In this document: positions 31,756 through 45,425 of the stretch, piece after piece
How the letters are laid out: every line of letters begins with the position of its first letter
Position numbering within the stretch: position 1 is the stretch's first letter
Assembly: GCA_051294905.1 (NCBI GenBank)
Contig: CM119380.1
Location: 14,756,001-14,820,000 of the forward strand
Direction: 5' to 3'
Source: Botryllus schlosseri
Taxonomy: Eukaryota
DNA length: 64,000 nt
Made by a program: the position numbers and the translations under genes
Notes under the pieces: generated by a model
Database searches by the model: none
Seen by the model: the letters and a program-made list of their open reading frames with translations, nothing else
Told to the model about the DNA's origin: nothing

Positions 31756-32853
31756 CTAGTTAAGTATAAACGTAAGCCACAACTGACTGTGGACTCCGGC
31801 TTACGACTCTAGCAGGCTATCATACAACAGCACGCTCCGTGCAATGTCTTACTGAGTTGAAGTATAGATCAACTTCTTTTCAGGGGCCGCATGCCCTAAA
31901 TCTAAATAATAGGCATTTGTCCTCGAGCCGCAGAATTTCCCTGCGCGAGCCGCGCATTGCACATCATGCACATTGCACATCCCTGAACACACCCTCACTT
32001 ACTAGAGGGAGTTTCCCTGTACGTCTGATATCACATTCCATGGTTTTATTTTTGGTCGACACGCTTTCCACATCGCTGGAGATTCACTTTGCGCTGCTGG
32101 AACTATTTCAACAATAACAGTGCGATGTTCACCGTGTAATATAAAATATGTACATTAACATTCCTCTCTGATAAATCAGCGAGGATACGAACAGCCTAAT
32201 TGCCGCATGGCAAGTGGTTGGCAAATTTTAACGTCGGCAGTCTGTGATGGCTTTTGATTAAAAAGCCCAATCACAATCTTCGTTTTGAAATTAGAGCATT
32301 TGACGAATAGATACGGACAAAAAAACGCTCATCCTACAGAACTCCAGAATATATACCAGCATAATGCATTCATAGTATTTATTCTCCCCTCACACTTCTC
32401 AAGGGTTACTCCTCCAGCTGGGTAAGTAAATACTAACTAACATGAAAGATAATGAGGCATTTGCAGAATTCGAAATATGGATTGCCCAGGTGAAATGAGT
32501 ATAGTGTTGCCTTATTACTAAATCGTGCATCAGAACACGCCCATGCTTAATGCTTTAAGCAAAAGAATTTTAAGACCACGAAGTCTTTTATTTATATAAC
32601 CAAACAAAACACTCCAAGCATGCGTAAGATTGTCTAGCTGTTTTCAGAATACGATATAGCATGATGATAGTGGGTATACCTGCATTGCAATGAATTGAAC
32701 TGCCATTCCATATATACATAATAGAAAACTTATGCCAAATTTTAGTCATTTTGAAGAGCAGGTGCATTGGATATCACGAATTATTGTGAGTAAGTAACTT
32801 GAAATAGAATGTCGATATAGACAACAATAACAGTTTGCTTTGTTTTTTCAGAA

Positions 32854-34312
32854 TTAGTCGTCTTCTTCGACACTGCCGATACAGTCCATACATGTGTCGA
32901 CGTTGTCCTCATCATCCTCTCCACATTTAATGCATCTTCGTATGCAGCGGAAGGGACCCCTAATCAACCTCAAAAACTGGAAAGAGTAGTACATGAGTGT
33001 ATAGCCGGAACAAGAGAAATAACTCGTGTCCACTCACGACACGGATGTGGATCGATTGTTCAACAATGTTCTGTGCTTTCCGCTCGGGAAGATATATGTT
33101 GATACTACAGGGATGGCGTGAACGCGAGGTTCATACTCGCGTTCTGTGTGTGAATCTCGTAAATTTGGAGGTTCGCGTTTGCGAACGAACCTTTGTAGGT
33201 TCTGCACTGTGAACTTTTCTCGTATATTATAATTTTACACGTAATTATTCGATTTCTACTTCGGCGCTATGAAAAAGCACTTAGCACTTAACGAGCATGC
33301 ACCTTGCCAATTCCAAAAAAAATCATTTGCTTTCTTGGTAAAGTTTGCTCGAAATATTCTGCTTTCCGTTTGTGAATATGTAGTGACACTCTGCTGTGAG
33401 CTTGACCAGCAATCGCACAACATCAAGAGTGAAATACACTAGTCACCGAACTGTGCTTATTCAACAAATCAATTATTGAAATCAACGCAATTGATATAAA
33501 GAATGAATCGTTGTCTAATCTAGAAATGTACCAGACCTACGGGATCTGTGTTGATATGATTTGATACGTTTATTATATCATAAAAAATCCGTCTGATTGG
33601 GGTATTGGCAACTATATAACTTGTTCATGAAATATCTGTAGCAAGTATAGAAACAGGTTTTAACTCTGATCAGTATAAATGTAACAATAGTCTGGCGCCT
33701 TAAAAACATATTATGGTCTACCTTAGACCGTAAGGTAGAAGCTTATATTCCCTTGCAAATCGTCTTCGAGATTGTTATCAAAGTCTTGGAAGACGATGAT
33801 TCTATGGAATCGTTGTAGCATATGATTGTTCCAGTTATACATTTGGCTATGTTTAAAAAGTCAGCATGCACTTCAGCATTGTGGCATAATGTGGCGTGAG
33901 TCGTCGCTATAGGTATCGTGGACGTAAATAAATTACTTATAATTCTCACGAACCAGAACCTTTCCGGGGCGCGCACCATCCTTTTAGTTTGCACTTCTGA
34001 GCACACGACGCGGTATAGTTGGGGTTATACTTTTATTCTATCCATATGTTCGAGTCTCAGACATATCTGTGATACGAGCGTCATGTCCGGTCTTCCCGGC
34101 AGAATCGAAGCATGCGATATCTGAGTGCATACTAAGGCATGGCATAAGATCCACATTGAATATTATTAGTGTAAATCATTGACGTCATATTGTCTGGACG
34201 TCAAGACTTCATTTCAAGACTTCATTTGAAAACCATTCGAAGTTATTAGTATATCCTAAACGTAGATGTAAATGCTGCAATTCCTTACCTTTAGGAAATC
34301 CCCGCAAGACAT
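32854..34312 (-). CDS. Cys/acidic micropeptide gene 1 (48 aa, two coding exons)
   Basis: Exon 34312-34289 encodes MSCGDFLK, donor gtaagg. Acceptor tttccag. Exon 32976-32854 encodes FLRLIRGPFRCIRRCIKCGEDDEDNVDTCMDCIGSVEEDD*. Phase-0 intron at the same position in two paralogs. Confidence 0.8.
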
Positions 34313-34550
34313 CTTTTTCTTACAATGTGCCGGAACCGAACAATCAAATCCTCAAATAAAGTAATTGATCTGTTTGTAATGAAACTCCAGTGAGACGTAA
34401 TGATTGAAAATTATGTAGGTGTTGATGTTGTATTCATGGTGTGGCGACATGCTCATTCCATACCAGGCCGGTAATCTGTATATGATTACTGAGCTGTCGA
34501 CTCCACCGCAGCACTGGTTCACTATAGGTTGTTGTAGGAGGAGCCTAGAT

Positions 34551-35391
34551 CAGTGGTTCTCAACCGGGGGTCCGCGGACATTTTCAAGGGATCCGCGAAG
34601 CCTTTAAATTTGCAAAGGACTGATTACGAATTTGTAACTTTTTTAAATTAGGGAAATCACGAAGCAGTTTCGCTTCAAAACTGCTAATGCTTCAGTAAGC
34701 ACATCAACAGAATGGCCGTATGAGTATTTTATTTGATAAATGGCCAAGAGCCTACTGATACAAACATATCTTGCTTTTTAAAGATATTTTGTTTGGGTTT
34801 TTTGAAAATTATTTTTCTAGTCTGCCTCACCATAATCGGCCTCAAAAAATCGATTAAAACCTCATCACGGAATCCATTTTCCCCTGCGATATGCATAATT
34901 GCTATTCCAGAATATCTTGAAGATGAGCTGCTATATAGAAACGACTAGTCTGGGCGTGATAACTTCATTGAAAAATCTGTTTCTCAATTTTGGTGCCATA
35001 TGTTGCGATCGTGTTCAAAGAAGTCGTCGGAAACGTCAGGCGTTAATATTACATTCGCCGCCTTTATGGAAATGGATTTTCGGCACTCATTCATATCAAA
35101 TGTAAGGCGTGAATTTTCAAGACATGGCTACATATTTCAAGAAATTCAGCTGCAGAATTCCCTTGTAAATAATAAAAGTCTACCCATAATTCTACATAGT
35201 AGCCGATGGTATAATTTTGAAGAACAGTCATTTTGTTGCTGTTGATCACTAGCCATGAGTTGATGTTTTCACAAGACAGGTGACGGTTACACGATAATTT
35301 AGCTAAATTTGAACTAAAACTTGACGGGGTCCGCGGGAGACTGTCACAGTCATAAAGGGGTCCGCGAAGACAAAAAGGTTGAGAACAACTG
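34551..35391 (+). mobile_element. hAT-type MITE
   Basis: TIRs CAGTGGTTCTCAACC...GGTTGAGAACAACTG with a perfect 8-bp TSD GCCTAGAT. Confidence 0.93.
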
Positions 35392-37010
35392 GCCTAGATG
35401 AACCTCAAACAAGTTGGATTTGATTCTGGAGTCAACTTCGGTCGGACTCCTTCATAGTTCTATGTCGTAAAGTATTTATTCGTTTCGTTTTGTCATTATC
35501 GGTTGTTTGAATATATGATACGAGCCAGATGTTATCATAGCATAAAATATATGACTAGATAGATGCAATGCATAGTTATGTTAGACGGAAATGGAAACAT
35601 GCGGCTGCCTCGATGCCAGGAATCATTTCACCCAGTAACTCTCAATTAAGTGCCAGTCCGCGTCGACTTCGCTGTCGATCCTAAAAAATATTTCCGATTT
35701 TATGACCTAATTTCAAATACTAAAGGCGTGTGAAAATATCCATTGACAAATTAAGGACAATTTGAAATGTGAAGCTCAGTTAAACAGCCAGTTCCGTGAT
35801 AAACAGCATTGATAGTGATGAGTGAAATATAGTTCATGGTCTACATTGGATATTTGCGTTATTCACAGTGCTGCATATGTTGTATCAACTGCTCAAAACA
35901 GTGGTTGTCAACTTTTTTTATTAGCCGGAAGCCCCGAAAACGGAGAAAAAATTCGTAGCTCTTAATACACTGAGAGCAAGATTTAGAAAGTTCATGATTA
36001 AACAGAATGTCATCAACAATACGACATGTCACGGTTCATTTCTATATTATGATGTTTGTTACCGGAAAAAGAGGCTATCACGTTCGGCCGAACCTCAATA
36101 TCGCGAACTGATTGCCCGGGTGTTAACCTTTTTTTATCTAGTCATCAGCTTCGCAAATCTGAATAGGTGTGACCTTGGCGAGTCGGCGTTAATTAAAATT
36201 TCGAAATTCCACCGGAGCACCGGTCCGGTTCTGAAATTTTACCCGTCAGCAAGCTGCAAGGGTAGAGATTCACTGATTAAGATTATATAAAACCGCAGAC
36301 CGATCATGTTGTTGAAAGTCCCATTTTCTGTCGCCGTCTCGAGCACTCCATGGAAACTCGAGAGATTCTCCCTATTTTACACCTCAGAACATTCAACCGT
36401 TATTCTACCTTACGAGCACGTCGAAGAGCCTACGCCTATATGCTCATATTTCAAGTCTTCGTCTTTCAGCTCAACGCTGCATCTATATAGGCAGATGTTT
36501 GAGAGAAATTCTACTTCACAAATATTTGTACCCTTGAACGTTTTTCCTGCACCATCACACGAGTTATTGCTCTTACTGTTTTAAGAGGCTCTATTACATC
36601 ATCGTCTTATCGTATCGCTCTCGGTACCAACACTTGCACATTATTTTATATAACATCATTGAGCTGGAACAACCAATCTATATCCTGAGATATATATTTT
36701 AAATATGATATATTAAATAATAAAGTCATTTCAAATTCCGTCGGAGCCGAGCTGACAGCGGTTGATTGAAAAAGACATAATACTGATACATCGCTGCACG
36801 TTAGATGCTGAGTCGAATAATTTTCGAAGTAACCAATTATTGCATGGACATGTCTTTCTATATACTAGAAACCGGATACCAAAACTCAGTCATCTTGAAG
36901 AGCAGGTGAATTTAATATCAAGAATTATTTTAAAACACATCTTCAAATAGAATGTCCCAATAAGACATTATTACAAATCGTTGATTCTGCATCGATCATC
37001 CAGCATCCCC

Positions 37011-38508
37011 TCAATCATCACAGTCGAAACAGCAGTCATCGTCACCGTCATCATCATCACACGTAAGGCATTTCCAGATGCAGCGACAGGGACAACAAAT
37101 GCATTTCAGAAACTACAAAGAGAGCATTGCAATACATGACTGTGTACTGTGTAGTCATAACAGATAAATAATTCGTATTCATAGCTATATGATAATTTGC
37201 GAAGTAGGCACTAAAATGCTAAGATATGGCAGGAATTATTCACGCGTTCACTCCTATATGTTGATAGGTTCTGTACTGTGAACTTAAGTCATTAATTATA
37301 ATTTTTCTCTCCATTATAACAATTGTGATTGAAATTTCGACTACTCTCTACATTGTGCAGGAACTATGAAAAGAAATTCATTGCTAAACGATCGTGCACC
37401 ATGCCAATTTCGAAAGCTTCATTCGGTGTGTTATAAAAGTTTGCTCGAAATATTAAGCTGTCCGTTGTGAATATTTAGTGACTACCTGCTGTAAGCTTGG
37501 CCCGCAATCACACAACATAAAAACGAAATACGCTTTGTAGGTATAGTCAGTGAATTGTGGTTATTTACCCTATCAATAATTATGACATATAAGAAATTGC
37601 TAGAAAGAATGCATCGTTGTCTAATGTAAAAAAAATACAGCAGGCGTACGAGATCTATCTTGGTTTGACATGTTTATTGTATCTTACAACCAAATCTGTC
37701 GGATTGGGGTGTTGGCTACTCTATAGCTTGTTTATAAGCTAATATCTTGAGCAAGTATTTCACTCTTATCGATATCAATGTCGCGGTAATCTGACGCCTT
37801 GAGAATACATTGTCCGGTCAAACTTAGACCATTAAGATGTAAGAAATATTCCCTTGCAAGTCCTCTTCGAAATTGTTGGCAAAGCGACGGAAGATATGAT
37901 TTTATGGAATTAATATTTTGTGAATTAATATTTTGTGATACGATTGTTGATATACAATGTTCTTTCCAATTCTCTACTAGTTGCTGACGATTACCCCTGA
38001 CGAGTGTCAGCCAAATATATTCGGGTTCATTTCAATATAATGCTGTGTCCTTTTTCGATGGCTACTTCCATCACCTCGGTGATGGTGCTCTTAGTCTGAA
38101 CGCAGACAGAGCTAGACCTATATATATATACTATTCAATTGGAATTAATAATGCATTTGATTCTGGCAGTTGATACATTTCTGATCCTTCAAAAATAAAC
38201 ATGTACTTCAAAATTGTGACATTATGGGGCATGAGTCATCGCTAGGTGTCGTTTACAATGTATGCAATATATTACTTTACGGAAATTGAAGGGTTGGAAT
38301 TAGCATATGACGTCACGTGACACCATAGGTCCTTGTACGGTGTACGCCTTCGCGTTCACATCGAACCTTTCAAAAATGTTCCCGTTCACACGAGCCAGAA
38401 TCTTTCAGGGGCTCGCACCATCCCTAGTTACAATATAACTATCCTATCAACATAGCCTATGTATAAATTGTCGCAACTATTCACCTTTATAAAACCTTTG
38501 CAACACAT
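37011..38508 (-). CDS. Cys/acidic micropeptide gene 2 (41 aa, two coding exons)
   Basis: Exon 38508-38485 encodes MCCKGFIK, donor gtgaat. Acceptor tttgtag. Exon 37112-37011 encodes FLKCICCPCRCIWKCLTCDDDDGDDDCCFDCDD*. Confidence 0.85.
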
Positions 38509-39007
38509 TTTTCTTCTTTCGATGTAGCGAAACAAAACGATCAAATCTTTAGGTATTGGAATTGATATGCTGGAAAAAACCTCTCGTTAGAGTTTACGAT
38601 TTTAAAGCATTTTGGAATTCACGGTGTGTCACATGCATAGTCATTTTGCAACACACAGATAATAATCTGTTGATTCCTGAGCTGCCGACTTCAACACGGC
38701 GCACGTTCGTCCTAGAATCTAGATTCTAAGGATCCCGCTTTCGTGGAACATATAGCCATAAGGTGTTTATATAGATAAACCTCCAACTGATCTGGTTGGT
38801 ATTAAGTTGTGATCAAGCCAAAATAGCGGCATTCAGCTCTTTCGAGCTAGTAACCTCGGTTGCGGTCGATCCGACGAAGTGGTACTTGAGCTCATTAAAA
38901 TGCTGGGAATGGTACGTGCATAGAAAAGTTTGAGAAGCGGTAGTTTAAAAGTACGCCAAAATTGTCTGAGACTATAGTTACATGTGAAAACCTAGAAGAC
39001 CTTAAAA

Positions 39008-40320
39008 CAGGGGTTCTCAACCTGGGGGGGGGGGGTGGCGAGAAATTTTTGTCAATTTTGTCAATGTCTGTATAAATTGTGACTAAACATGTTTTTCACA
39101 ACCATTCTGAAGAGACGATTATTGTAGATTAAACTTAGATCGTATTCTAGAAAGCTTGCCAAACTCAAACTCCAGCAGTCGCGCTCAACGGAGTATAGGC
39201 TGACTTCAACTTCATTTGAGCAAATTTTTGATATTCTTTGAAGATTGAGAGAAATTCCTACGTGCAAGTCATTCATTACTTTATAGCTTTGGCAGTAGCC
39301 TAAATCTCTGTGCGCTAGGTAGCTGTTGTTGATAGCTGGCGAACTGCACTGCCTAAGACAGACTTAGATGCAATATAGGTTGCCCGGTTTCCCCCTCAAT
39401 TTGGCTATAAATCAACACAATATAATTCATTTCCAAAACTAATAAAATTTAGCATGGCAGGACAGAACGTCGCCGTGCTCTCTGTAGTCACTACCAGCAT
39501 CAGGATTAGTCTCAGTACAACCTACCTTGAAATTAATTGATGTCCTTTTCAATGTTTTTTTTGTTATTTTCAAACAATTTTGGGGAAGTTTGTCAGCAAT
39601 GCAAAAGACTAAACAACTGGAATGCGGATTCAAAATTGCCGTACGATATACCTCATTTATAATATTAGATCAGGGGTGGGCAGCCCGTACGGAAGCATGC
39701 GGCCGTAGAAGAGAGTTTGTGGGGCCGTCGACGCCTAATTCAATTAGTATGTGTTGGCAACCGTAGACATGCAAATTGAAATTACGAATTCACTCCCGAA
39801 TTTTCGAAAGATTTTATTTAATCTTGAAATTTTCTTCGCGCTCCGCGCAATTCAACAAGACTTCATTTTTCGATTTTAATGCAGTAGCGCCCTTCTTACT
39901 TGGAGCAGGAATGGGAATCCTCAAGAAATAACAATTCATTTGCGCCTCTGAAAAATTTTCGCGCTCTGCGCGACAATACGCACTCACAGCAACTATTCAT
40001 AACATTGTCACTCGCGATTTCGGTGCGTGCAATAGGCCGTTGTGAAAAGTATAATAGTCCGGAGTTCACCGGGAATGGATATGGACAGTTTACCATAGGT
40101 ATTTTGCGTCCAGATCGATCATTGCGGCTATGCCCTGGAATGCGGCCTTAGGCTACATAAGTAATCGAATTGCGACCATGATTAGCAAGAAGGTTGGTCA
40201 CCTCTGTATTAGATGAGGTGCTCTTTTTGACATGAAAATAAATGTAAGGCGGGTCAGGGGCGCGCGATTGTTTTGACCATCGCCAAGGGGGACGCGTGTC
40301 AAAAAGGTTGAGAACAGCTG
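39008..40320 (+). mobile_element. hAT-type non-autonomous element carrying a nested MITE
   Basis: TIRs CAGGGGTTCTCAACC...GGTTGAGAACAGCTG with a perfect TSD CCTTAAAA. Internally homologous to about 53320-54716. Confidence 0.92.
39671..40206 (+). mobile_element. Nested hAT-type MITE
   Basis: Ends CAGGGGTGGGCAGCC...GGTTGGTCACCTCTG with a perfect TSD TATTAGAT. Confidence 0.9.
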
Positions 40321-43300
40321 CCTTAAAACAAAACTAAACGAAATTTAAAATTATAACGGAGTCTAACAAACAGCAAATGATATGAATTTGCGCTATCCTA
40401 ACGTTAGTGAGAATGATTCGCTGACTGGAATTTCCTGCGATACGACTTTGAGGTGCAAGCGGCCTTGAAAATTATCTGTCAAAGTTTCGGATATCGCTTT
40501 AACCAGTTCAGTATCAAGGTCATGAAATTATGATGATTTTTATTGTATATCCCATTGGCGCTGAACTCAGGTATGCTAGGTATGCGGCGCATACCTATGC
40601 ATATCCCGAATTCCCTTAGAATGTAACTGCCTGACGAGTTTGTGAATTGTGCGATTTAGAAATAAGCAACGTATTACGTAATGTTGCCGCTTACGTGAGC
40701 AGAGAAAATTCACACCAATACATTGATCGAACGCGATAAATTAACAGACGCGAAGCGGCACGAAGATGTCAATTTCTACACGGGCGACATGCAGCCATTG
40801 GCATGTCATGTAATGAAAAATGATATCTAATGCGGCGGCCGGAACTATCGCGTCTGCTGTGTTTGTGATGTCATAGAGGCTCACGACATTGAAAGTGGAC
40901 GGAATTGATTAAAACACATACTGGATGTGAACAGACCCAAGCGGCGTATCTGATTTTGATTTGAGCTTATACTAAAACACAACGATCAGAAGATATGTTG
41001 CAGGCTCTTGATACCGACAGTTTTGGTTCCTCTGAAATGAGTGTCACTACTGAACAGAGCCCAGAATAGACTTCGCATTTGTGAAAATAATGCATGTAAC
41101 TTTATCTAATTAGTCGTCGCCAAAGACGCGTAACGGTATTCGTTTGTTCTCGAGACGGACTGATTGAAATCTCCTGTTTATCGGCACGTGTATTAGCGAA
41201 TATGACGCGTTTTCTCGGGAGATTGCCAGCTCGCTAATTGACTACAGTCGCATGTGCCAGTGATGTTACGGTAGCGTGAGATGTTGAGTATATCGAGTTT
41301 GTCAACACGAGGAATCTGAAGCGATGTAATTTATCGGCATTGGTGCATGCAATAACCAAATCAAATTCAGCCAGCGGCCCACTGGCTACGCGCCTGCCTG
41401 AGGGTATCATAGTTTTATCCCCATGTACAAGCGACGGGTAGTTGGTGATATTGAAACTTGCGAGTCGGCTCATTTGTCAATTCCGACGTATATTGACGTC
41501 GCCACATTGTGACGTCATCGATCCCGCATACCTACAGAAAATTAGGGTTCAGAGCCTTAAATAGTATTTCCATACCTAGCTTTTCAGTGGTATATTTTGA
41601 CATAATTAGTAATTACACATTATTTGTGTTGATTTAAAATTTTGAAGGTCCAACGGTCTGCAAAACTTGTTCTGAAATTTTAGCGGTCCGAAAGCTAAAT
41701 AAATTGAAAACGACAGAATTTGATTACTTAATACAGCAGATGGTTATTTCTAATTTTCTGAAATATCTTGTGTCGCCGTCTCGACTACTCCATCAAAACT
41801 CAAGATGTTCACCTCGCCAATTATTACTCTTCTGATCGACTAAGATTAAGCCTTCGATCGTACTCCAGAGGCACGTCGACTACCGCGACTAGCCAGTAGC
41901 CAACAAGTCACCTCGCTTCAGCCGAACGATGCATTTATATTGGCCGCAGCTTGAATGAAAAAATGCTTCGTAAATGTGGGTTCCCTGGAACGCAAGCTGC
42001 TTTTTCTGACTTGGTAGTTTCGATTACATCGCCCTTTATTGTTTCACTTTCGATACTACCATTTGCTCGTTGCTTTATCTATCATCATTGAACTGAAACA
42101 ACGCGTCTATTTCTTCACATATGATAATGACAAGTGGAAAAATAAGCCACCGTTAGTTGTGTTGGAGGTTGATCTGGGCTGCTCATCGCCGATCCCGCTG
42201 TAAACGCAGCGTCTTCAAAGGCCAAGAGGAATAGTGAGCCGAACTCTCGAAAGTCGGCAGCAGAGACCCGAAAATGGACGGAAGAAAAGAGAGCACAGGA
42301 AGGTGCGAGTGCGCGAGAATGACAAGTTGTCCATGTCAAGTCCATAGTCCATGAAAGCAAAGACACTGAACTTTATCAAATACATTGTCCTGAAAAGGAA
42401 ATAAGCGCCACTGTGGTCATTGTGTAAAAATGAAATTGATAATACTAATAATTATATTAATAGTCACCGTTTGTACTCCAGTAGAAGTAGAGTCGTAAAT
42501 TCCTACCAGAGTGCAACTAGAAGTAGCGATTTCCGAGTAAGTAAAATAATTAGGCTTAATATTCTAGGCCTAATTTGGCCTAAAAGGTTAAAAACTGTTA
42601 TGTACAAGAAGTAGTCTAAAATCGTGTCCACACGAGTAAGTAGTGCAAGGAGTAAAAATTTACTTGAATTTTCCGAAAGTACTTCGGTACTGACCACCAC
42701 TGCTATGACCTATATCATATTCCTCAAACACCCTTATCTGAATGTGATTATGAACTAAGTAACACACCCATACAAAGTTCCACCCATCATTTCAAGGTCA
42801 CTCACTTCAGATATCTTGGGATGAGTCGTTCAGGATGGCACTGGTTTGGTTTTTATGATACGATAAACATATGAAGTCAAGATTGACTCCGTACGCCTAA
42901 TACATTTTTTACATCAGATAATGATATCAATTTCATTGATTGATTAAATAAGCATCATTTGCTGACTAGATGTAGTGTTCTTAATGTTGTGTGATCGTGG
43001 GTCCATCCCTCAGAAGAGAGTCACTAAATATTCACAAACGGAAAACTGGATGTTTCTAGCAAACATTTGTAACAAAACAATAAAAAAGTTTGAGATTGTC
43101 AAGGTATATGCTCGTTTGGTTTTGATTTTTTATGCTGTCGGCGCCACGCATAGAGTGGCCCGTAGTTGAAATGCTATAAATTTCATGCAAAGATGTTATA
43201 ATGAAGTGAAAATTTTAATATGTGAAAAAGGTTCACAGTGCAAAACTACCAGGGGTCCTTTGTGAATGTGAACCTCTAAATTTCTGAGGTTCACACACAG

Positions 43301-44760
43301 AACGCGAACGTCAACCTCTTGTTCACACCATCCCCATAGTAAATGTGAACCCGAAACCCATATAGTTCGGTCATTTGTTGTACGTTTAACATACCTGAGC
43401 GTCTACTTTTGCTTTCGACTGATCCGCATAGCTGCATTGCGCTTCGCTGACTTTGGTAAGTCTCAAAGCGCATGGGGTGTACTTGCAAAGGCCCTCCTCC
43501 GAAATTGAAAGTGAAAGATATATTGGTTGGGGAAATTCTGAAATACAAAAGCGCTATTTTTCCTTTAAACTCCCGCTGCCAAGCGAAAGACTGACTCTCG
43601 AGCAGTTCTCAACCTTTTTTGACACACCCCCTTACGATAGTGAAATTTATCGCCATATCACAAAATGCAACCCGAATGCTGGCAATCCCAGCGGATAGTT
43701 GGATGGCATGGAAGGTTATGAGTTATGACTAGGGCGATTTTTTTGACATGTCAAAAAAAGTCAAAATTAGCTCAAAATTGTTGCGTTAGGTCAAATAATG
43801 CCAAAATTGTTTACGAAGTTAAAACTTTTTTGCAACCTGCATTTCGTTTGTATAGTAGATTTTGCACTTTCGGTGACTTATCATTTGGCATTTTGCAGCT
43901 TGTAGCCTATTTTATAGGCCTATACCGTTGTAGAAGGCCCCTTGTCTGCTCATTGGGAATCATATTAAACATTCAAATGAAACAAATGGTGTTATGCTAA
44001 ACGTACCGCAATATCCCAACTGAAGCAAGACTGCGTGGGCATTGCATGGTTCTTATTGTTATATTGTTATATAGACAACGTTGTCAGAATGAGGCAACAC
44101 GGTTGTTCACCAGCAGTGTAAGCACAACTTCAGTGTTGTCAGCCAACAACTGCTGCTGTTGAACGTCGCTTTTTATGATATATGCATTTCGGTTTCATTT
44201 CTCGGGCATGCCTGTTTTTACTTTATGCTTTCCGTCAATTTGGGTGGTTGATTGATGTTGACTCTTCCAAGTCGCTTCAACCTCTTACTATTGTTTCGTT
44301 GTATCGCTATTCTCCTGGTATTTCGGGTGAACCTGCTTATAAACAGAGCAAAACATTCTCGCTCCCACCTAGCTCTCTTGACAATACGCCCACAACATAA
44401 TATAATCGATCATAATTTTAACTACGGCTGGGTCACGGACAACACTGATCACCGTACTAAGTTAGTATATTGCGGCCGGTCAAGAATATGAGTTTTCTGT
44501 GGCTGACCAAGAACGTTTCATAGCACTCCTCATGCAAAAAATCCGTAGCCAGTGAGTGGCCACGGGAATGCTGAAATTCCGTATCCATACTCTATACATC
44601 TATCCTGTCTTTCTATCCACTAGAAACCCAATGCCAAACTTCAGTCATCTTGTAGAGCAGGCGAATTTAATATCATGAATCATTTCAAAACACTTCTTCA
44701 AATAGAGCGCCCAAATACGATAACAAAACAAAACTTTAGTTATGCTTTGATCTTCCAGCA

Positions 44761-45098
44761 TCACCCGCATACGCCGATCCCGATGCAAGCGCTATCATCA
44801 TCCTCACAACTGCAAAGGCGTTTGCAGAAGCAGCGGCAGGGACAACAAATGCATTTCAGAAACTACAAATAAATTATTATCTTAAATAAAAGTGCAGCCA
44901 TAACAAGAAAAATAATTTACGTTCATAGCTATATGAGAATTCGTGAAACGGGCCCGTATCGAAAATACTCCACCGGTGGGAATTATTCACACGTTCACTC
45001 CTATATAGACTGCTATCAATTAGGATACAGGCACTATTCTATAAACTTAGTTATAATTAGACGCAATTCTTCACCTTTATGAAACATTCGCAACACAT
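44761..45098 (-). CDS. Cys/acidic micropeptide gene 3 (41 aa, two coding exons)
   Basis: Exon 45098-45075 encodes MCCECFIK, donor gtgaag. Acceptor tttgtag. Exon 44862-44761 encodes FLKCICCPCRCFCKRLCSCEDDDSACIGIGVCG*. Intron is 212 nt. Confidence 0.85.
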
Positions 45099-45360
45099 TT
45101 TTCTTCTTTAGACGTATCGCAACCGAACGACCAAATCTTTAAGTAAAGTAATTGATCTGTTGAAAAAATAAAATTTCGTCAGATCTGATGATTTTAAAGT
45201 ATATTGGATTTCATATAGTGTGTCGACATGCATAATCATGCAGCCGTTACATCATAATTTGTTGATTCCTGAGCTGCCGAGAAAGACAATGCTTACGCGG
45301 ATCAGATGTCCGTGAGGATTTTAAATAGACCAACCTCAAACATTTTCGAATGGATTTCGA

Positions 45361-45425
45361 CGTCTCAATCGGTCGAGATAGAACTCATGACTTATTTTAC
45401 AGTGGGGAAGTACCACTATACGCTA
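45361..45425 (-). repeat. tRNA-derived SINE-like fragment
   Basis: A-box-like TAGCGTATAGTGGTA and B-box-like GAGTTCTATCTC on the minus strand. No complete cloverleaf. Confidence 0.35.

Noticed and set aside
32854-45098. Naming the micropeptides metallothionein, vanabin or CYSTM
   Set aside because: The Cys spacing, length and strongly acidic tail do not match those families well enough from memory to assign a name without a search.
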